Source of the DNA: a virus
Taxonomy: Duplodnaviria > Caudoviricetes
DNA: 64,000 nt
Virus record (IMG/VR): IMGVR_UViG_3300031784_000006
Reading direction: 5' to 3' (one strand)
Made by a program: the position numbers and the translations under genes. Numbering within the stretch: position 1 is the first letter of the stretch; each line of letters begins with the position of its first letter. The notes beneath the pieces are model-generated. The model did no database searches and had not been told where the DNA came from. It saw only the letters and a program-made list of their open reading frames with translations. Below are positions 8,430-18,495 of this stretch, piece by piece.

Positions 8430-10920
8430 TTTGTCTAAATTCTCCTTATGTTATGCTAAGGCTTGTTACCGATTGACCAGAAGCGAGAGCGATTCTGACT
8501 AAAAGAACATTACCAGTAGCATTACTTAAGTTTTCACTACCAAGAGTTAAAGTATAACTTCCACTCAAAGAGGTTCCGGAAGATATAACGTCACCAGGCG
8601 TATCCGCACATCCATTACTGCCATTACCACCTGCTCCAGTATTTGCACCTGGAACACCTGAACCTGCATATACAGTATCCGCTCTTAACCAACCATTAAG
8701 AGTGCTAGTACTATCTATACTTGTTCCAGGTGCAGCAATCCAAAGTCCAGTGATACCAGAAGATGTAATATTAACATTAACATTAGCAACTGCTTGTCTT
8801 CTAAATGCAAAAGTGAAATATTGAGTTCCACTTCTGTTAGATGAAAAATCTGGACCAACGGGCAGATATCCAGTTGAATAATTTACTTGATTATGAGTAA
8901 TATTTCCAAGTCTTACAACTGCTTCTCTAGTTGTAGTAATTCCTGCGGGTGCAGAACCTTCAGAGTATGGATTGTTGGTATAGAAATTAGTTGAACTATT
9001 GTATGAAGGAGTATCTGTAGCAATTCCAGGTCCAAAATCGTAAATTCTCTTACCATCATCAGTGTAAGTTCCATTACCTAAACTATCAGAAACTGCAATT
9101 GCAAGTTCACTAATTCCACTTTGTGCTGCAGTGTGAACTTGGATATTAGTTCCAATATCACTAGAATATCCACTGATTCCATTTACATTTCTAGCACGAA
9201 CCTTTACTCTATCAACTGTTCTTACACTTGAAGATGTGATAGGAACAGTTAAGTTACCTAATGTATATGCAGATGAAGTTCCAGTATTTGCATTTGGAAT
9301 TCCGCCAGTCAACATACTTGAAGAACCATTTATCTGCGAGTATGTGTAATCACTATCAGTTGTACCAGCACTAGAGGTTCCTTCTTGATTTGTACCAGTG
9401 TCAACTTCTACAATATTTGACTGGTTAGTATAGGTTTGACCGACTATATTTGTAACTGTAACTCCAGAGAGAGTTAAACTTGGGGACCCAGTATTGTAAT
9501 ATGGGATACCAGAAACATAGCGATAAGTACCAGAAACGTTTTCTGCTAAAGAAGCTCCTGCAACACTAACAGTAGGAGTTCCTGTCATATCGTCTTTAAC
9601 AAACTCCACAGTATTAGTGTTGCCTGTAGCACTGTGAAGTAACTGCATACTGTTTAAACCAGTATTCAGATTTGAAACTAACTTTGAAACCTTTGCTTTG
9701 AAACCTTTATATAATCCAGGGTAGAAGGTACTTGCAGCAAAGGTAGTTGTTGCTCCAGTTGAATTCAATAACTGATAATCACTTTCTGAAGTAATTACCA
9801 GACTTGTATAAGTTCCAGAATCATCTCCACTTGTTAGTGTTGTTGAACCATCCGAAGAACCATTTACGTTTGCAGTAAGAGTTCCACTATTCGCATTATA
9901 AGCAAATGTGGAGATTGGTCCAGCTTCTGCACTTCCTCCTGTTACACGATTGACATCGTTTCCTGCACTTAGAACTGCACCACCAGTGTTGTCGGTAAAT
10001 CCAGAAGCAAGTTTTGGACTTGTGCCTACGCTAGTAACATTTGTTAGAGTTTTGCTGCTTAATCCGTCAGGTGCTGCAGGTGAATCATCATAAACCTTAA
10101 GTGCTACAGTACCAGTGGCAGGAATAACACCTGGATTTGCGGTGTTATGCGAGTTTAGAGTTAATGTGAGAGTATCAGTACCAGTTGAACTATTTGTGCC
10201 CTGACTCCAAGTGTGTTGAAGTCTTGCTGCACCTGCACCTGCTCCACCAGATGCTGAATCGTTTGCAATTGAGTCATTTGAGGAACCATCTCCCCAACCC
10301 ATCGTATAATCAACTGTTGCGCCCGATGTATTTGTTGTATTATTGTCTAAGTAAAGAGATTCTCCCTCAACAACATATAAGTCATTACCTGAAAGAGCAC
10401 TTCCGCCACTAGAACCTCTGTATAATGCAAATCCAACTACTGGATTTGGTGTGTAAAGAGTGATGTAATCTGTCTTAGAGGTTGTGAACGAACTTCCCGC
10501 ACCTACTCCTGTATTATTCTTTGCAGTTAATGTGATTGAGAACAATCCGCCATTAGCATCACTATAGGTGTGGGGGATAGATGCCGATGAATAGTTGGAT
10601 GTTGTTGTACCGTCTCCCCAATCGACATCATAACGGTTAGCATTTCCAGAACTTGTAACCGTTAGTGTCACTGCAAGTGGAGAACCTCCTGCAAGAGTAT
10701 TGGAAGAAAAGTCTACATTAGTAACCGCAGTGTTTCTTATGATATTGAATGCGAGTTCATTTAAGTCATCAATACTATCAACAATTTTTGTTGAAGTTGT
10801 AAGAGTATTAAGTGCCCCATTACTAGTAATACTAGAATCTGTAGGAGTTCCTAACGTTAACGCACCACCTTCACCATAATAGTTTGTTGCGGTTACAACT
10901 CCAGATACAGAAACACTGGG
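7900..10920 (-). repeat. Copy A of a ~3 kb direct repeat (duplicated two-gene fibre module)
   Basis: Colinear similarity to ~27140-30140 in protein and DNA; boundaries approximate. Confidence 0.8.
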
Positions 10921-11274
10921 GAATTGGTTAGACCAAGTTAATTCCCCAGTTGAATTTGTTTTTAAGAAGTAAGAACCAGCAGGATTTTCTGGAAAAGTGT
11001 ATGTTGTGATTCCAGAGAGAGTGTTCGGAGCTTTAAAGGAAATATGATTTGTTCCGTCTTTATCTACAAGATTTAAGCGGAGAGAAGTACTTGCATCTTC
11101 TCTTCCCCAATAACGATGAGAACCGAAGAATTTATTACCATTAACAGACGTGTTTAGTCCTACAAATAAATCATATTTGTCAAGTGTTAATGCAGGTTCA
11201 CCTGGACGAAGAGCAGGAATAGTTGCCGCCGCCCCAATATTACCACGCTTAAACTGTAAGATTGGTGAAGCCAT
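8446..11274 (-). CDS. Tail-fibre/adhesin-like protein with PKD-like domains (module A, gene 1)
   Basis: 942 aa; N-terminal ILQFKRG...LRPGEPAL anchor motif; YDVDWGDG and YTMGWGDG PKD signatures; C-terminal ~820 aa paralogous to 27676..31722. Confidence 0.8.
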   Translation of the reverse strand: MASPILQFKRGNIGAAATIPALRPGEPALTLDKYDLFVGLNTSVNGNKFFGSHRYWGREDASTSLRLNLVDKDGTNHISFKAPNTLSGITTYTFPENPAGSYFLKTNSTGELTWSNQFPSVSVSGVVTATNYYGEGGALTLGTPTDSSITSNGALNTLTTSTKIVDSIDDLNELAFNIIRNTAVTNVDFSSNTLAGGSPLAVTLTVTSSGNANRYDVDWGDGTTTSNYSSASIPHTYSDANGGLFSITLTAKNNTGVGAGSSFTTSKTDYITLYTPNPVVGFALYRGSSGGSALSGNDLYVVEGESLYLDNNTTNTSGATVDYTMGWGDGSSNDSIANDSASGGAGAGAARLQHTWSQGTNSSTGTDTLTLTLNSHNTANPGVIPATGTVALKVYDDSPAAPDGLSSKTLTNVTSVGTSPKLASGFTDNTGGAVLSAGNDVNRVTGGSAEAGPISTFAYNANSGTLTANVNGSSDGSTTLTSGDDSGTYTSLVITSESDYQLLNSTGATTTFAASTFYPGLYKGFKAKVSKLVSNLNTGLNSMQLLHSATGNTNTVEFVKDDMTGTPTVSVAGASLAENVSGTYRYVSGIPYYNTGSPSLTLSGVTVTNIVGQTYTNQSNIVEVDTGTNQEGTSSAGTTDSDYTYSQINGSSSMLTGGIPNANTGTSSAYTLGNLTVPITSSSVRTVDRVKVRARNVNGISGYSSDIGTNIQVHTAAQSGISELAIAVSDSLGNGTYTDDGKRIYDFGPGIATDTPSYNSSTNFYTNNPYSEGSAPAGITTTREAVVRLGNITHNQVNYSTGYLPVGPDFSSNRSGTQYFTFAFRRQAVANVNVNITSSGITGLWIAAPGTSIDSTSTLNGWLRADTVYAGSGVPGANTGAGGNGSNGCADTPGDVISSGTSLSGSYTLTLGSENLSNATGNVLLVRIALASGQSVTSLSIT

Positions 11275-11307
11275 CCGAATACCTTTATGCAGTTTCCTAA
11301 TTAATAT

Positions 11308-11315
11308 TATTTAGA
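11308..11315 (-). promoter_or_regulatory. T4-type late promoter (TCTAAATA)
   Basis: Motif upstream of ATG 11274. Confidence 0.45.
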
Positions 11316-11319
11316 ATAT

Positions 11320-11625
11320 TTAAAATGTTCCACCATCAAGATTAATTTTATTATCTAGGTCAACATCTACACGATCTAGGAAGGCAGTTGCATATCCAAC
11401 AAATCCAGGTTGTGTTGTTTCTGTAGATGCTGCTGCATTAAAGACTTCATCTGGATTTACATCTTTCCACTTACCAGAAGCAGCATCATACATTAAAACA
11501 TACTTATCTCTATTACCACTTATCTGTACATCATATAATTCGTTTAAATTTTGTGGCATGATCTCTATCTTAGATGAAAGACTTACTTTGTAATTTTGTT
11601 GAGATAACTTGACGTTATAAGTCAT
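11320..11625 (-). CDS. Small hypothetical virion/fibre accessory protein
   Basis: 101 aa; LNELYDVQI..KYVLMYDAASGKW fibre-type motif; ends LDGGTF like the fibre at 5277 (IDAGTF). Confidence 0.6.
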   Translation of the reverse strand: MTYNVKLSQQNYKVSLSSKIEIMPQNLNELYDVQISGNRDKYVLMYDAASGKWKDVNPDEVFNAAASTETTQPGFVGYATAFLDRVDVDLDNKINLDGGTF

Positions 11626-11957
11626 ACTGATACACTCTCCTCTACCATGGCAGTACCTTTTATAACTTTAATTCTCTTTTCATTTAAAGTAAGCACAACA
11701 TCAAAATAATTTCTACCTGCTGTTAAATTTGCAGTTTGTTCTGGAGTCAATGTAAGTTTTATTGTTCCATTTCCAGAGGTAATTGTTTTTGCAAACTCTT
11801 CGTATGATGTTGAGGTTTGATGTTTGCGAATGGACGCATAAGTTGTTGTGAGTCCTGTTAGAACTGAAGCAGACTGATTCGGATCAAAAAGATTAAAAGT
11901 TGCCTCAAAGTGAGTTCCCTTCTCAATGACTATATTTGTAATCTCAGCAACTGCCAT
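11622..11957 (-). CDS. Small beta-rich structural/connector-like protein
   Basis: 111 aa; NIVIEKGTHF...GTIKLTLTPEQTANLTAGRNYFDVVL pattern typical of phage Ig-like connectors. Confidence 0.55.
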   Translation of the reverse strand: MAVAEITNIVIEKGTHFEATFNLFDPNQSASVLTGLTTTYASIRKHQTSTSYEEFAKTITSGNGTIKLTLTPEQTANLTAGRNYFDVVLTLNEKRIKVIKGTAMVEESVSV

Positions 11958-11977
11958 TTTTCTTGGGTATTTTTAAG

Positions 11978-11985
11978 TATTTATC
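11978..11985 (-). promoter_or_regulatory. T4-type late promoter (GATAAATA)
   Basis: Motif in the 30-nt gap upstream of ATG 11957. Confidence 0.55.
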
Positions 11986-11987
11986 TA

Positions 11988-12344
11988 TCAATATAATTTA
12001 ATCTCTTTGTAATATGAATTAGTTACTTCATTAATTTTTCTTTTTATCTCTGCTCTTTTATCATTGGTAATATAAACACTTCGAGCAAGTTCAACAAACT
12101 TTTCTCCAAAGTCTTGCTTCTTTTCCAGTTCTCTCAATTCATCTTCAATCTTCCAGAGTTTTAAATTTACCTCACGCAATTCATTCATATATTCAAAAGT
12201 AAATTGCGTGAGAGTATTTTTAATTTGATTCAAGTCCTCAAGTTCTTTAATGACATATTCATTGTTGGTAAACATAGACTTAATTTCAAGAATTGAAATC
12301 TTATCTAATAGTTCACCTACAGATACTGGAATTGTGATTTTCAT
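11988..12344 (-). CDS. DUF6165-like protein
   Basis: IPVSVGELLDKISILEIK ... LWKIEDELR ... ARSVYITNDKRAEIKRKIN signature. Confidence 0.75.
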   Translation of the reverse strand: MKITIPVSVGELLDKISILEIKSMFTNNEYVIKELEDLNQIKNTLTQFTFEYMNELREVNLKLWKIEDELRELEKKQDFGEKFVELARSVYITNDKRAEIKRKINEVTNSYYKEIKLY

Positions 12345-13111
12345 AATACTTCCTTTACTCTATTTTGAATTGTTTGAATTCTATTTTGCCACCAATTCAA
12401 AACTGGCATATTATCTACAGGTTTTTCTAGTAGTGACTCACATTTATCTAATGCATCATTCCAAGTTTCCGCAAATACCCAAGGAGGATTTTCTTCATAC
12501 TTAAATGTAGATTCAATCTCTTCCTTCGAACCAACGACAACAGGTATAGATCCATTCATAGATGCTTCATAAAGTCTAAAACAATCTAGTGACGAATTGC
12601 CTCTCCCACAAGGAACAAATATAGATTTAGAATATATCTTGCACATTAAATCTTTGGGTAAAGACTTTCCTACAAAGTGTTTTGGAATACTTTTGAAAGT
12701 ATCAATCATTTTTTGTCTGTCTGTTTTAATTTCTCCAAGAAAAGACCAATGTAATTCTTTTTTCTCTTTGAATGATTTGCATCCATTTGTATATCCAAGA
12801 GGAATATGAATAGTATTTGGTGTGTAACTATATTGTGGGTGATGATATTGTCTTAAAAACAAATCACAATAATTTCCCAACTGATTGAACTGATGTAGAT
12901 TTTCCGCAATCAATTCATCAGAAAGGCAAATTATAATTTTTGGTTTTGTTTTTTGAACAATTGATAATATTTGGTTATATGAATGTGCTCTTGATGCAAA
13001 AACAAAAACATCCCCCACATCATTTAGATTATGAGAAACTTCTCCTTTGGATAAAATGTCTTTTAATAGAAAGTCAGTTTCCCATAATCCATTTTCAATT
13101 ACAATCTTCAT
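12341..13111 (-). CDS. Exostosin-like (GT47-like) glycosyltransferase
   Basis: WSFLG...SIFVPCGRGNSSLDCFRLYEASMNGSIPVV motif. Confidence 0.65.
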   Translation of the reverse strand: MKIVIENGLWETDFLLKDILSKGEVSHNLNDVGDVFVFASRAHSYNQILSIVQKTKPKIIICLSDELIAENLHQFNQLGNYCDLFLRQYHHPQYSYTPNTIHIPLGYTNGCKSFKEKKELHWSFLGEIKTDRQKMIDTFKSIPKHFVGKSLPKDLMCKIYSKSIFVPCGRGNSSLDCFRLYEASMNGSIPVVVGSKEEIESTFKYEENPPWVFAETWNDALDKCESLLEKPVDNMPVLNWWQNRIQTIQNRVKEVL

Positions 13112-14652
13112 AGATTAAATGTTGTTTTAATTTCATTGATAATTGTGGGATTCTTGCAAACCACACCTAAACCAAAAGAATGTTCAAATGTAAATTTAGG
13201 CATATCGAGTTCATCAAAGAACTTTTTAACTCCATACTCCTTTCCTTCATATTGTTCTACGCAAGTGTCGTGCATTAGAATAATACCATTATCAGAAACA
13301 AACTTACTCCAAGTTTCAAAGTCTTTTTTAACGTCTTCGTAGTGATGACTACCATCAATGTGAAGAATGTCAATTTTTTTATCCCAGGTTTCTGCTACTT
13401 CATTAAAATCACCTTTGATAAGAGTGACATTATCTTGAAGATGGAGTTTTTCTCTCTTCATATTTACAAAATTATATTGGTAAGAAGAATGTTCTCCAAC
13501 AAAATCATCACCAACAAAGTTATCAACACCATAAACGTGACCGATTCTTGGAATAGCAAAGGAGAATGTTGAGAACCCATAATCAACTCCCAAATCAACA
13601 ATTACTTTTGGATTTAAAAACTTAACTAACCATTCGGCAAAATTACGATGACCTGACCAAGCTGTTGCTGGTGTGTCATCAAGATTATTCAAGAAAAGAT
13701 TGTCAATGGCATCAGTTCTTTCTTTGAGTCTTAATGTATCTGGATTAAATCCTGATGCAAATACAATAATGTTTGGATTTTGTGTAAGTTGACCGATTTT
13801 CAGGAGATGAGTGAATGCATTACCCATAGCATTTCCACCAATATTCATTGCCTCACTTACAGCATGGAAAGCATAATTAGATGCTTGTTGAATATTTTGA
13901 AGATTCACTAAAGCAATACTAGACATAATGAATACATCAATTCTTTGTGGGTCAAAATATGCTTTAGAAACATTGAGATACTCTTGACCCATCTCTAATG
14001 CTTTTTGGAAGTTCTTTACTTCAAAATAATGCTTGAAGATAAACCAAATATAATATGAATTTTCTGGATTATTTTGATACTCTCTTTCACAAATTGAAAG
14101 ATAGAAAAGTTGCTTATCAATACTTGGTTGAATTGTTTTTGTAATCTTAATTGTCGTATCTACTGCAACTTCACCAAGATGTTCTTCAGTAGGAAGGAAC
14201 ATTGGTGTTTCGTGAACTGCATTAACCCAAGTATAGTTTTTAGTTCTATGAAAACGAACATGTGCTGTTTGACCTAGAGTTGGTTCTTCTTCTCCAACTT
14301 TATCATATCGTTCGTGATTAAATGCAGTAAATTCTCCAGAGATTACTTCAAAACCTTCAGGGAAAAACTCATCAAGGTCTTCATTAAAGTCCAGAGAAAA
14401 AGCCCAATCTGTTTTTACATAAGAAAGTGCTTGATTTCTTGCTTTGGAGAAATCAAACTCATCTCTGCTTTGAGGATGTTCGTGAACTTCAATACCAGCA
14501 TCCTTAAGAAGTTGAACCGTATTATCTGTACTGCCAGTATCAACTACAACTGTATGAGAAAATTTCTTTGAATTTTCAATAAACTTTTCAATGTTCTTTT
14601 CTTCGTTTTTTGCAATAGCATAAAGTGTGATGTTCATAAAAATTTTTCCCAA
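13108..14652 (-). CDS. GT2 glycosyltransferase / helical (TPR-like) / class I SAM-methyltransferase fusion
   Basis: N-term AIAKNEE...VVVDTGSTD...FSLDFNE; C-term IVDLGVDYGFS...ILHIDGSHHYEDV...GIILMHD. Confidence 0.75.
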   Translation of the reverse strand: MGKIFMNITLYAIAKNEEKNIEKFIENSKKFSHTVVVDTGSTDNTVQLLKDAGIEVHEHPQSRDEFDFSKARNQALSYVKTDWAFSLDFNEDLDEFFPEGFEVISGEFTAFNHERYDKVGEEEPTLGQTAHVRFHRTKNYTWVNAVHETPMFLPTEEHLGEVAVDTTIKITKTIQPSIDKQLFYLSICEREYQNNPENSYYIWFIFKHYFEVKNFQKALEMGQEYLNVSKAYFDPQRIDVFIMSSIALVNLQNIQQASNYAFHAVSEAMNIGGNAMGNAFTHLLKIGQLTQNPNIIVFASGFNPDTLRLKERTDAIDNLFLNNLDDTPATAWSGHRNFAEWLVKFLNPKVIVDLGVDYGFSTFSFAIPRIGHVYGVDNFVGDDFVGEHSSYQYNFVNMKREKLHLQDNVTLIKGDFNEVAETWDKKIDILHIDGSHHYEDVKKDFETWSKFVSDNGIILMHDTCVEQYEGKEYGVKKFFDELDMPKFTFEHSFGLGVVCKNPTIINEIKTTFNL

Positions 14653-15332
14653 TCAATACAAGGTGATAATAAGTCTGCTTGACAATGTGTAGAATAACCG
14701 GGTAAACAAGAGATTAAATAGTTTCCTCTTTGATTGAGATCTAAAAACTTTGAATGGTCTTGTGTCGGTTCAGTATCTGTTGAATACTTCTGATGTATGT
14801 ATAAGTCTTTTAAAAGTGTCTTATATTTTACAGCAAAGGTATTTGTAGTGGAAGGAACTGGTTTCCAATGAGAACTTTCAGTAATCAAAATCTTACTCAT
14901 TAGTTCAGCATACATCTCTTGATACTTGTCTCTGTGGTCGTACAAGGTTACATAAGAAACTGGAAGTGTAAATCCCTCCATTAAAATCTTATCCCATTCT
15001 GGGCGGTGTACATAATCATCTTCAAGGAAATAGATGATGTCTTCTGAAGAATGATTTTGAGTTTGAATATATTCTAAAGTTTTAAGAAAACTCTTTGCTT
15101 CTCCTCCACAATTGATTGTATAAACATTCTGTTCTTGAGATAGGAAAGTATCTTCTATCTTCCCATAATGTTCGTCATAGATGATTGTGTATTTGGTGGT
15201 TTCTGGATTGAGTGTATTCTTAAAGTTTTGGAATACCTTTTCCTTATCCCACCAAGAAGGTCTCTGCTTTCCCGGACTTTCCTGTATCTTTGAGTAATAG
15301 CAGTGCCTTAAATATACATTAATTTTTTTCAT
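14634..15332 (-). CDS. Putative GT-A fold glycosyltransferase
   Basis: IIYFLEDDYVHR acidic motif; start moved from 15395 to MKKINV at 15332 (coupled to the upstream gene). Confidence 0.55.
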   Translation of the reverse strand: MKKINVYLRHCYYSKIQESPGKQRPSWWDKEKVFQNFKNTLNPETTKYTIIYDEHYGKIEDTFLSQEQNVYTINCGGEAKSFLKTLEYIQTQNHSSEDIIYFLEDDYVHRPEWDKILMEGFTLPVSYVTLYDHRDKYQEMYAELMSKILITESSHWKPVPSTTNTFAVKYKTLLKDLYIHQKYSTDTEPTQDHSKFLDLNQRGNYLISCLPGYSTHCQADLLSPCIDWEKFL

Positions 15333-16122
15333 TGAGTTTCTCCAAATCGTATTCATTCCACCAAGACTTCCAATCAATAAAGAAATCTCTATCATACTCT
15401 CCTTGTAAATGAAGTGTTAATGATGGGATAGGTGTAAAGCAAAAATGTCCTCTTTCATAATAGATTTTGCAAATACTATCCATTTCCATTGTTTCACTCA
15501 CTTCACTGGTTCCCATTTTGTGAAATAAATCCCAGTGCTTTCTTATAATACCTATGTGAGTCATCAAAGTGACTGCTGGATGAATATTAGTTCTCCAATA
15601 TCTGTCCTTTGATACTACAATATTACAAGAAACAGCAGTATTCTCTGCTTGATGATATTCTGCTGGTTTATTAAATGGAAAGATACTTGCTGGAGCATTT
15701 AGATTACAACTAAACTGATTAATAGCGTGTATCATCAGTTCAACAGAGTTTTGTTGATGAAGAAAATCATCCTGAACAAAATATACCCAATCTTTCCCAA
15801 AGTCTCTTCCGTGCTCGTAACACCTCAAGATAGAAGGCATAATACCATAAGTCTCAAGATGAGTTAGATTAGTTTTAAACTTTGCGATGGTGATAAGTTT
15901 TTTTAGAATATCTAAAAACTCTTTGTCCGAGTGGTCATCAAAGATTTGTAGTTCAATCTCATAATCTGGATAATGTTCTTGTGTGTAATTGAGACTATCA
16001 ATCAAAGAAAAGATACACCTTGAAGAAACTTCAATCTTTGGTGCCTCACAATATCTTCCAGAATCCTTATCACGATTTCCTTTTGAATGTGTCTGAACAA
16101 CAACTAACAAATGAGTTTTCAT
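15319..16122 (-). CDS. Putative GT-A fold glycosyltransferase
   Basis: IFDDHS and WVYFVQDDFLH motifs; paralogous pattern to the neighbouring gene. Confidence 0.55.
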   Translation of the reverse strand: MKTHLLVVVQTHSKGNRDKDSGRYCEAPKIEVSSRCIFSLIDSLNYTQEHYPDYEIELQIFDDHSDKEFLDILKKLITIAKFKTNLTHLETYGIMPSILRCYEHGRDFGKDWVYFVQDDFLHQQNSVELMIHAINQFSCNLNAPASIFPFNKPAEYHQAENTAVSCNIVVSKDRYWRTNIHPAVTLMTHIGIIRKHWDLFHKMGTSEVSETMEMDSICKIYYERGHFCFTPIPSLTLHLQGEYDRDFFIDWKSWWNEYDLEKLNEKN

Positions 16123-16901
16123 AAGTCAAACTTGGAATAAAGTTTTACATTCTCTTCTCCTATTACATCAATAGGATTTTGTGAAATTTTAGCAAGATTT
16201 GGACGAATATCGTGAAGCCCTTTAAGTCCCCATTCTTCATCCTTTTGTTCTCCACAAGCATTTTCAATATTATTAAAAGTATTTGTATGAGATGGAACTT
16301 CTAGAAAGTTGTAAATCTTATTAAGTTCTTCTTCTGGATTATTTACAAGAGCATTATATTCAACTAAATGAACCCAATCTGGATACTTATTGAGTCCATA
16401 AATCATTGATTCATAAGAAGGAGCAACATAATATCTCCAAATGTATTCGGCACGATTGTTATTTGTGATTGGTAGATTATCTTTTCTTAAATGATTATCA
16501 ATGAAGTTATTTTCGTGTTGAGTTCTTTCTATAAGTGAAATATAAGATGTAAGAACTTCTGGTATAGAACGATAAGTTGCTACAATCTTTGGTTTGTTAG
16601 AAAGAAACATTTGAACTGTATCAAGGTTCTTTCCCCAAAACCGATGCTTATCTAGGATTGTTGATTTTGGAATGTGATTATAAAAGTTTGCAAGAACTGC
16701 CTTATAGACATTATAAGAGATTGCCTTGCGGTCAAAGGTGAATTGAATATCTAAAGTATTAAATGATTTCTCAATATCAGTCACTACATCACCCAATGGA
16801 GATGTTGGTGATACATAAATGTCTGGATGTTGATTGAGAAGAGACCCAAGTAATGTAGAACCACTTCTTGGAAGTCCTCCAAGAAAATATAATGTCTTCA
16901 T
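16119..16901 (-). CDS. Sulfotransferase family protein
   Basis: 5'-PAPS loop GLPRSGSTLL; ILDKHR; YRSIPEVLTS; LVEYNALVNNPEEELNKIYNFL. Confidence 0.8.
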   Translation of the reverse strand: MKTLYFLGGLPRSGSTLLGSLLNQHPDIYVSPTSPLGDVVTDIEKSFNTLDIQFTFDRKAISYNVYKAVLANFYNHIPKSTILDKHRFWGKNLDTVQMFLSNKPKIVATYRSIPEVLTSYISLIERTQHENNFIDNHLRKDNLPITNNNRAEYIWRYYVAPSYESMIYGLNKYPDWVHLVEYNALVNNPEEELNKIYNFLEVPSHTNTFNNIENACGEQKDEEWGLKGLHDIRPNLAKISQNPIDVIGEENVKLYSKFDL

Positions 16902-16925
16902 AGTTTATTGCTTTCTTATTATGTA

Positions 16926-18113
16926 TTATATCACAGGGTCTATGTATGTGAGTGCTGATGTATGAAAATATGCAGAACTTACTTGTTTCCAGTTGGTTCC
17001 TCCGGCAAAGGTAGTGACTGGAGTACTTATGTTACCTGCTATTACTGCGTTTCCAAGTCTTCCACTATTACCAGAACCCCAAGTCCATAGAGTTCCATCA
17101 GTCTTGATTGCTGCTGTATGAGAAATTCCACCACTTACTTGTTTCCAGTTGGTTCCACCAGCAAATGTGGTGACTGGAGTGGATACATTGGTTGTTACTG
17201 CGTTTCCAAGTCTTCCATTAGCACCATTACCCCAAGTCCATAAGGTTCCATCAGTCTTGATTGCTGCTGTATGAGCATTATTATATCCAGAACTTACTTG
17301 TTTCCAGTTGGTTCCTCCAGAGAATGTGGTGACTGGAGTGGATACATTGGTTGTTGTTGCGTTTCCAAGTCTTCCATAACCACCAGCACCCCAAATCCAT
17401 AAGGTTCCGTCAGTCTTGATTGCTGCTGTATGAGAAACTCCAGAACTTACTTGTTTCCAGTCGGTTCCACCAGCAAAGGTAGTGACTGGAGTACTTATGT
17501 TACCTGTTGTTACTGCGTTTCCAAGTTTTCCTTGACTACCAGAACCCCAAGTCCATAAGGTTCCATCGGTCTTGATTGCTGCTGTATGAGAATTTCCAGA
17601 ACTTACTTGTTTCCAGTTGGTTCCTCCAGAGAATGTGGTGACTGGAGTACTTATGCTACCTGTTGTTGCTCCGTTTCCAAGTCTTCCATTACCACCAGAA
17701 CCCCAAGTCCATAGAGTTCCATCGGTCTTGATTGCTGCTGTATGAGAATTTCCACCACTTACTTGTTTCCAGTTGGTTCCACCGGCAAATGTGGTGACTG
17801 GAGTACTTATGCTACCTGTTCCTACTGCGTTTCCAAGTCTTCCACTAAAACCAGTACCCCAAGTCCATAGAGTTCCATCGGTCTTGATTGCTGCTGTATG
17901 TTCTCTTCCACCACTTACTTGTTTCCAGTTGGTTCCTCCAGCAAATGTGGTGACTGGAGTGGATGTATTAATTATTGTTGCGTTTCCAAGTATTCCATTA
18001 GAACCAGAACCCCAAGTAAATAAGTTCCCTTCACGAAATAACTCAGCAGGAACAAAGATATCATCAAAACTATAATCAAGTCCGTTTTCTCTAAAGTTAT
18101 AAAAGGTAGGCAT
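16926..18113 (-). CDS. RCC1-repeat 7-bladed beta-propeller protein 1
   Basis: Seven ~52-aa repeats STPVTTFAGGTNWKQVSxGxxHTAAIKTDGTLWTWGxGxxGxLG. Confidence 0.9.
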   Translation of the reverse strand: MPTFYNFRENGLDYSFDDIFVPAELFREGNLFTWGSGSNGILGNATIINTSTPVTTFAGGTNWKQVSGGREHTAAIKTDGTLWTWGTGFSGRLGNAVGTGSISTPVTTFAGGTNWKQVSGGNSHTAAIKTDGTLWTWGSGGNGRLGNGATTGSISTPVTTFSGGTNWKQVSSGNSHTAAIKTDGTLWTWGSGSQGKLGNAVTTGNISTPVTTFAGGTDWKQVSSGVSHTAAIKTDGTLWIWGAGGYGRLGNATTTNVSTPVTTFSGGTNWKQVSSGYNNAHTAAIKTDGTLWTWGNGANGRLGNAVTTNVSTPVTTFAGGTNWKQVSGGISHTAAIKTDGTLWTWGSGNSGRLGNAVIAGNISTPVTTFAGGTNWKQVSSAYFHTSALTYIDPVI

Positions 18114-18135
18114 TGGGATTTCTTGGAAACGACTT

Positions 18136-18495
18136 TTACTCTATAAAAATCACAGGAGTGTTCATTTTTTCACTCCACTCTTGAAGATATTGTCTAACTT
18201 CGGAATTCATTTCTTTATTATTTATTCTCAATGCTTTTAGATATTGACCATTCTCATTTTGCTCCACAGACACCAGTACATCACATTTATCGGGTCTCAT
18301 TTCTTCGGGAAGTAAATGCTGACTCCAAGCACATTGATAATTTCTACAAGATTCTGGTCGTCCTTTATGAACTCCACATCCATTACATTCTAAAAACTTA
18401 CAAGACTTTCCTGCTCCAAACTCCCAAGCAAAAGAATCACCAATTAACCAAGTACAACAAGCAGTGCATTCTCCACAATCACGAAACATATTCAT
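18136..18495 (-). CDS. YkgJ-like CxxCxxCC cysteine-cluster (Zn/Fe-S) protein
   Basis: CGECTACC...CKFL...CGVHKGRPESCRNYQC. Confidence 0.75.
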   Translation of the reverse strand: MNMFRDCGECTACCTWLIGDSFAWEFGAGKSCKFLECNGCGVHKGRPESCRNYQCAWSQHLLPEEMRPDKCDVLVSVEQNENGQYLKALRINNKEMNSEVRQYLQEWSEKMNTPVIFIE

